Below, piece by piece: positions 61,642 to 64,000 of a DNA stretch of 64,000 nucleotides. Location of the stretch: assembly GCA_040954595.2 (NCBI GenBank), contig CM082577.2, positions 4,762,301 to 4,826,300 on the forward strand, written 5' to 3'. Source of the stretch: Balanoglossus misakiensis (taxonomy: Eukaryota > Animalia > Hemichordata). Positions within the stretch are counted from its first letter, which is position 1; each line of letters starts with the position of its first letter. The translations under genes were made by a program, and so were the position numbers. The notes under the pieces were generated by a model. It did not search any database and was not told the origin of the DNA. It worked only from the letters and a program-made list of their open reading frames with translations.

Positions 61642-64000
61642 ACAGTACATGGGACAGCAACAGCAGCAGCAGCAGCAAGGCATGCACCCTGGCTACGAAC
61701 AGCATCAGCCCATGATGAACCAGTATCCGCAGCAGTACTACCCGGCCGAGGAGCAGTACCAGTACGGGCCGCAGTATCAGGGCGGCGGCGGCGGGGGCAC
61801 CTACGGCCACAACTACTCGCCCTCCTCCGCCATGGGTTTCAGTCCCAGCTACAACATGGCCAGTCCCGGACAGACGCATCGGATGCAGGGCATGAGGGGC
61901 AGCGGAGGGGGAGGGGGAGGAGGGTATAATATACAGACGCAGGGTCTCGGAAACAGTCCGTCGCAGCTGCCGCCGGGGAGCGGCGGGGGCAGGTACCAGA
62001 CGATGACGCAGAGTCCTAATCACTCGACGTCTCCGGGAGTGATGCAGGCGCCTGGCATGTATCAGCAGCAGCAAAACACCAGTGGGCAGGGCGGGCAGGG
62101 TATGACTGGTGGTAACACGGCTCGGGGCGCCTCTTCCCAGTTCGTGTACCCCAGTTCTCCGCTGGGACAGCCAGGAAGTCACCCATCCCCGGTCCCCTCT
62201 CCGGCCACCAGCGTGCGCTCGCCGGTCAGCATCCACAGCCCCAACTCTGTACCTTCCCGGTCGCCGGCGCCGAGCCCCATCACCGTGCGTTCGCCGCTCT
62301 CCGGGAACGTGAAGAGTCCGCTGGCCCTTCCGTCTCCGGGAAGCAGTACGGGGTCCGTCAAGTCGCCGCAGTCAATCCACCAGAGGTCGCCGGGTCACCC
62401 GCAGCCCATATCGCCGGCCCCGAACATGCCAACTTACCGGTCAGCTCAGCCGCCTCACCCGTACGGTAACCACGGCGGCCAGGTTGTGCACGGCCACCAT
62501 GACAACGCACCGAGCAAAGGTGCCCTTCCAAAACTTGAGGAAATGGTGGCTTTTTTAGGTGAGCCCTCTGCAAAAGGAACTCGAAACATGGCGTCAAAAA
62601 ACTGTGATGCGGCAGCTAGCGCTGCCGAACAAGTTGACTGCGTCCCAATGGGGAACGAATGCTCAAGTCTTGCGAATGATCACAGGGAAAAATGCCAGGA
62701 TAATTCGAGTATCTTGCAGAGGAAAAACAGTCTCGAAAAAGGGCAGACGGCCAGTCAGGCCGGCGGAACGAACAGTGTCCAACAGAACCGCAAACGAAAT
62801 GTCGACGAATGTGACGGTCTCACGAACTCTGAACCTGCAAAGAAGCCAAAAGTTGAAACAAAGCGAAAGGATTCCTCAGACAAAGGTGGAAAAAAGCAAC
62901 AACATTCAGGTGATAATGATAAAAATGGGGAGGGCTGTGTTGGCGATAAGAAAGTTGGGGAGAAAAAATCTGACATGAGTGAAACGACGACGAAGAAGTC
63001 TCCAAAAGTTGCGCCTCCCTCAAAGAAGAGGAAAACTGAGAAGGATTCTGCGGACGGCAGGAACTCGCAAGACGGTCATGCTGTGACAGAGAACAATGGA
63101 CACAACACAGAGTGTGACAATGATACAAGGAGTGTGTCTTCTTACACTGCCGCCAAAGCACAAAGGACTAACGTGCAAACCGTGTCTTCGAAAATAAAGG
63201 TGACCACCAGTAAGACGGCGAAGCAGGGGCCGAGAGTGCACTCTATTGACAGTGTGAACTGCCACGGCGCCGTGCTCCAGTACGAGCAGAATCGCGTCAA
63301 CATCGTCTTGTCGGACGGCGACTTGATCAGGGACGAGGTGGGCGACGGCGGCGGCCACGGCAACCGTCTCAGCTGCGCGTCGCCGCTGCGGAAGAACCTG
63401 AAGAACGGCAAGAGCATTTTGCCGATATCGGTGGACTGTTCGCTGGACCGCGGCGGACACATCAGCGTGGGCGGGGAGACGCGGCTGATTCATGGGGAGC
63501 ACATCGTCCTGCAGGCCAAGGAGAAGCTGAGCAGTCGGAAGAAACTGTGTGCGAACAACAAAACTCAGAAAACCCGGACGCAGGTCCTAGGAAACTGCGG
63601 GACCGAGCACGGCTGCCCCGACGAGAGCGGGGACAGCAACAAGAAGGAAACAAACAAAACTAAAAATAGGAACACTAATGGAAACGGCAAGCTCGAGTCG
63701 TCCACGCCCCCAAACAAAAACTTGTCCAACGAGATCGAGAAACAGGAAGGACATTCTGATGGAGAAGAGGACAAGGCCAGCAGGCCCTCGTGGAATCAAG
63801 AAACAAAAGTGAAACAGGAAAAGCATGAAAGTGTTGTTGTGGAGTCAGACAGTGACGGTTCTTCCATAGATTTACTTTGCCGCGAGTCGGACTTTGGCTC
63901 TTCGGATAGCAGGTCTGAATCGCCGAATATTCTTCACGAGAGGAGGAGCGCGCAAGCGAAGATCCGAACGCCGGAGCCTTGTGAGAAAAATGTCGGCCAG
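31538..64000 (+). CDS. Partial gene: N-terminal SAM domain plus a long Q/P/Y/G/S-rich low-complexity nuclear protein (RAI1/TCF20-like architecture, tentative); runs off the right edge
   Basis: Exons: 31538-31630 (MSGPVERWLETFMCKQYAEMFEKYGYKTLSS), 31768-31870 (VCQLDRHTLRSMGVSEDHCDKVLENVSVLRQ), 32344/32347-32499, 32630-32832, then phase-matched exon 61415->64000, which I read codon by codon as 862 codons with no stop. The first two exons form a SAM pattern. The last exon has polyQ, SP repeats and NLS-like PAKKPKV and PSKKRK. Additional small exons inside the long intron cannot be excluded. Confidence 0.8.
36329..36611. repeat. Perfect 140-bp tandem duplication (2 copies)
   Basis: 36331-36470 is identical to 36471-36610 (caaccatgttctgattacag...atcaaaaata). 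Confidence 0.97.
38196..38332. repeat. (CAT)n/(CAC) trinucleotide microsatellite, about 45 units
   Basis: Directly visible and intronic; it produces the poly-His and poly-Ile ORFs. Confidence 0.98.
51868..51957 (-). mobile_element. Decayed inverted copy of the 28374-28459 MITE family
   Basis: Shares cctttcacccc...aaacaatg...caaaccat with the reverse complement of 28374-28459. Confidence 0.4.
57476..57603. repeat. Imperfect local direct repeat (core of about 35 bp, period of about 89 bp)
   Basis: caccccctctaaccgaaattcattc and cacccccgcctaaccgaaattcattc. Confidence 0.7.

Noticed and set aside
61032-63826. Track ORFs on the minus strand and in the other plus frame (e.g. 61511-62236, 62559-62978, 63020-63502)
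   Set aside because: Shadows of the real frame starting at 61415, which is open to the window end.

Overview
This is eukaryotic (metazoan) genomic DNA with GT-AG spliceosomal introns. Gene content, intron sizes and repeat style suggest an invertebrate deuterostome such as a hemichordate (inference only). Manual splice reconstruction gives seven protein-coding genes. (1) A minus-strand multi-exon gene with two fibronectin type III domains (exons 230-3072, probably continuing off the left edge), invisible in the ORF track. (2) A minus-strand ankyrin-repeat + KAP P-loop NTPase gene (NKPD1-like, 10348-13759 or further 5') with intact Walker motifs. (3) A secreted single-domain C-type lectin (17561-19409). 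(4) An intronless orphan ORF of about 455 aa (20571-21938, minus). (5) An intronless B4GALNT1/2-like GT2 glycosyltransferase (23758-25368). (6) A complete PRPF31 (26261-30700). (7) A SAM-domain gene starting at 31538 with an intron of about 28.6 kb and a >2.5 kb Q/P/S-rich exon open to the window end (RAI1/TCF20-like architecture, unconfirmed). Also present are a decayed paralogue of the KAP NTPase, non-autonomous DNA transposons with TTA, TA and TTAA target duplications, micro- and minisatellites, and CTCF-, RFX- and nuclear-receptor-type motifs. I saw no prokaryotic systems, CRISPR arrays, rRNA or tRNA. All calls come from reading the sequence; no searches were run.
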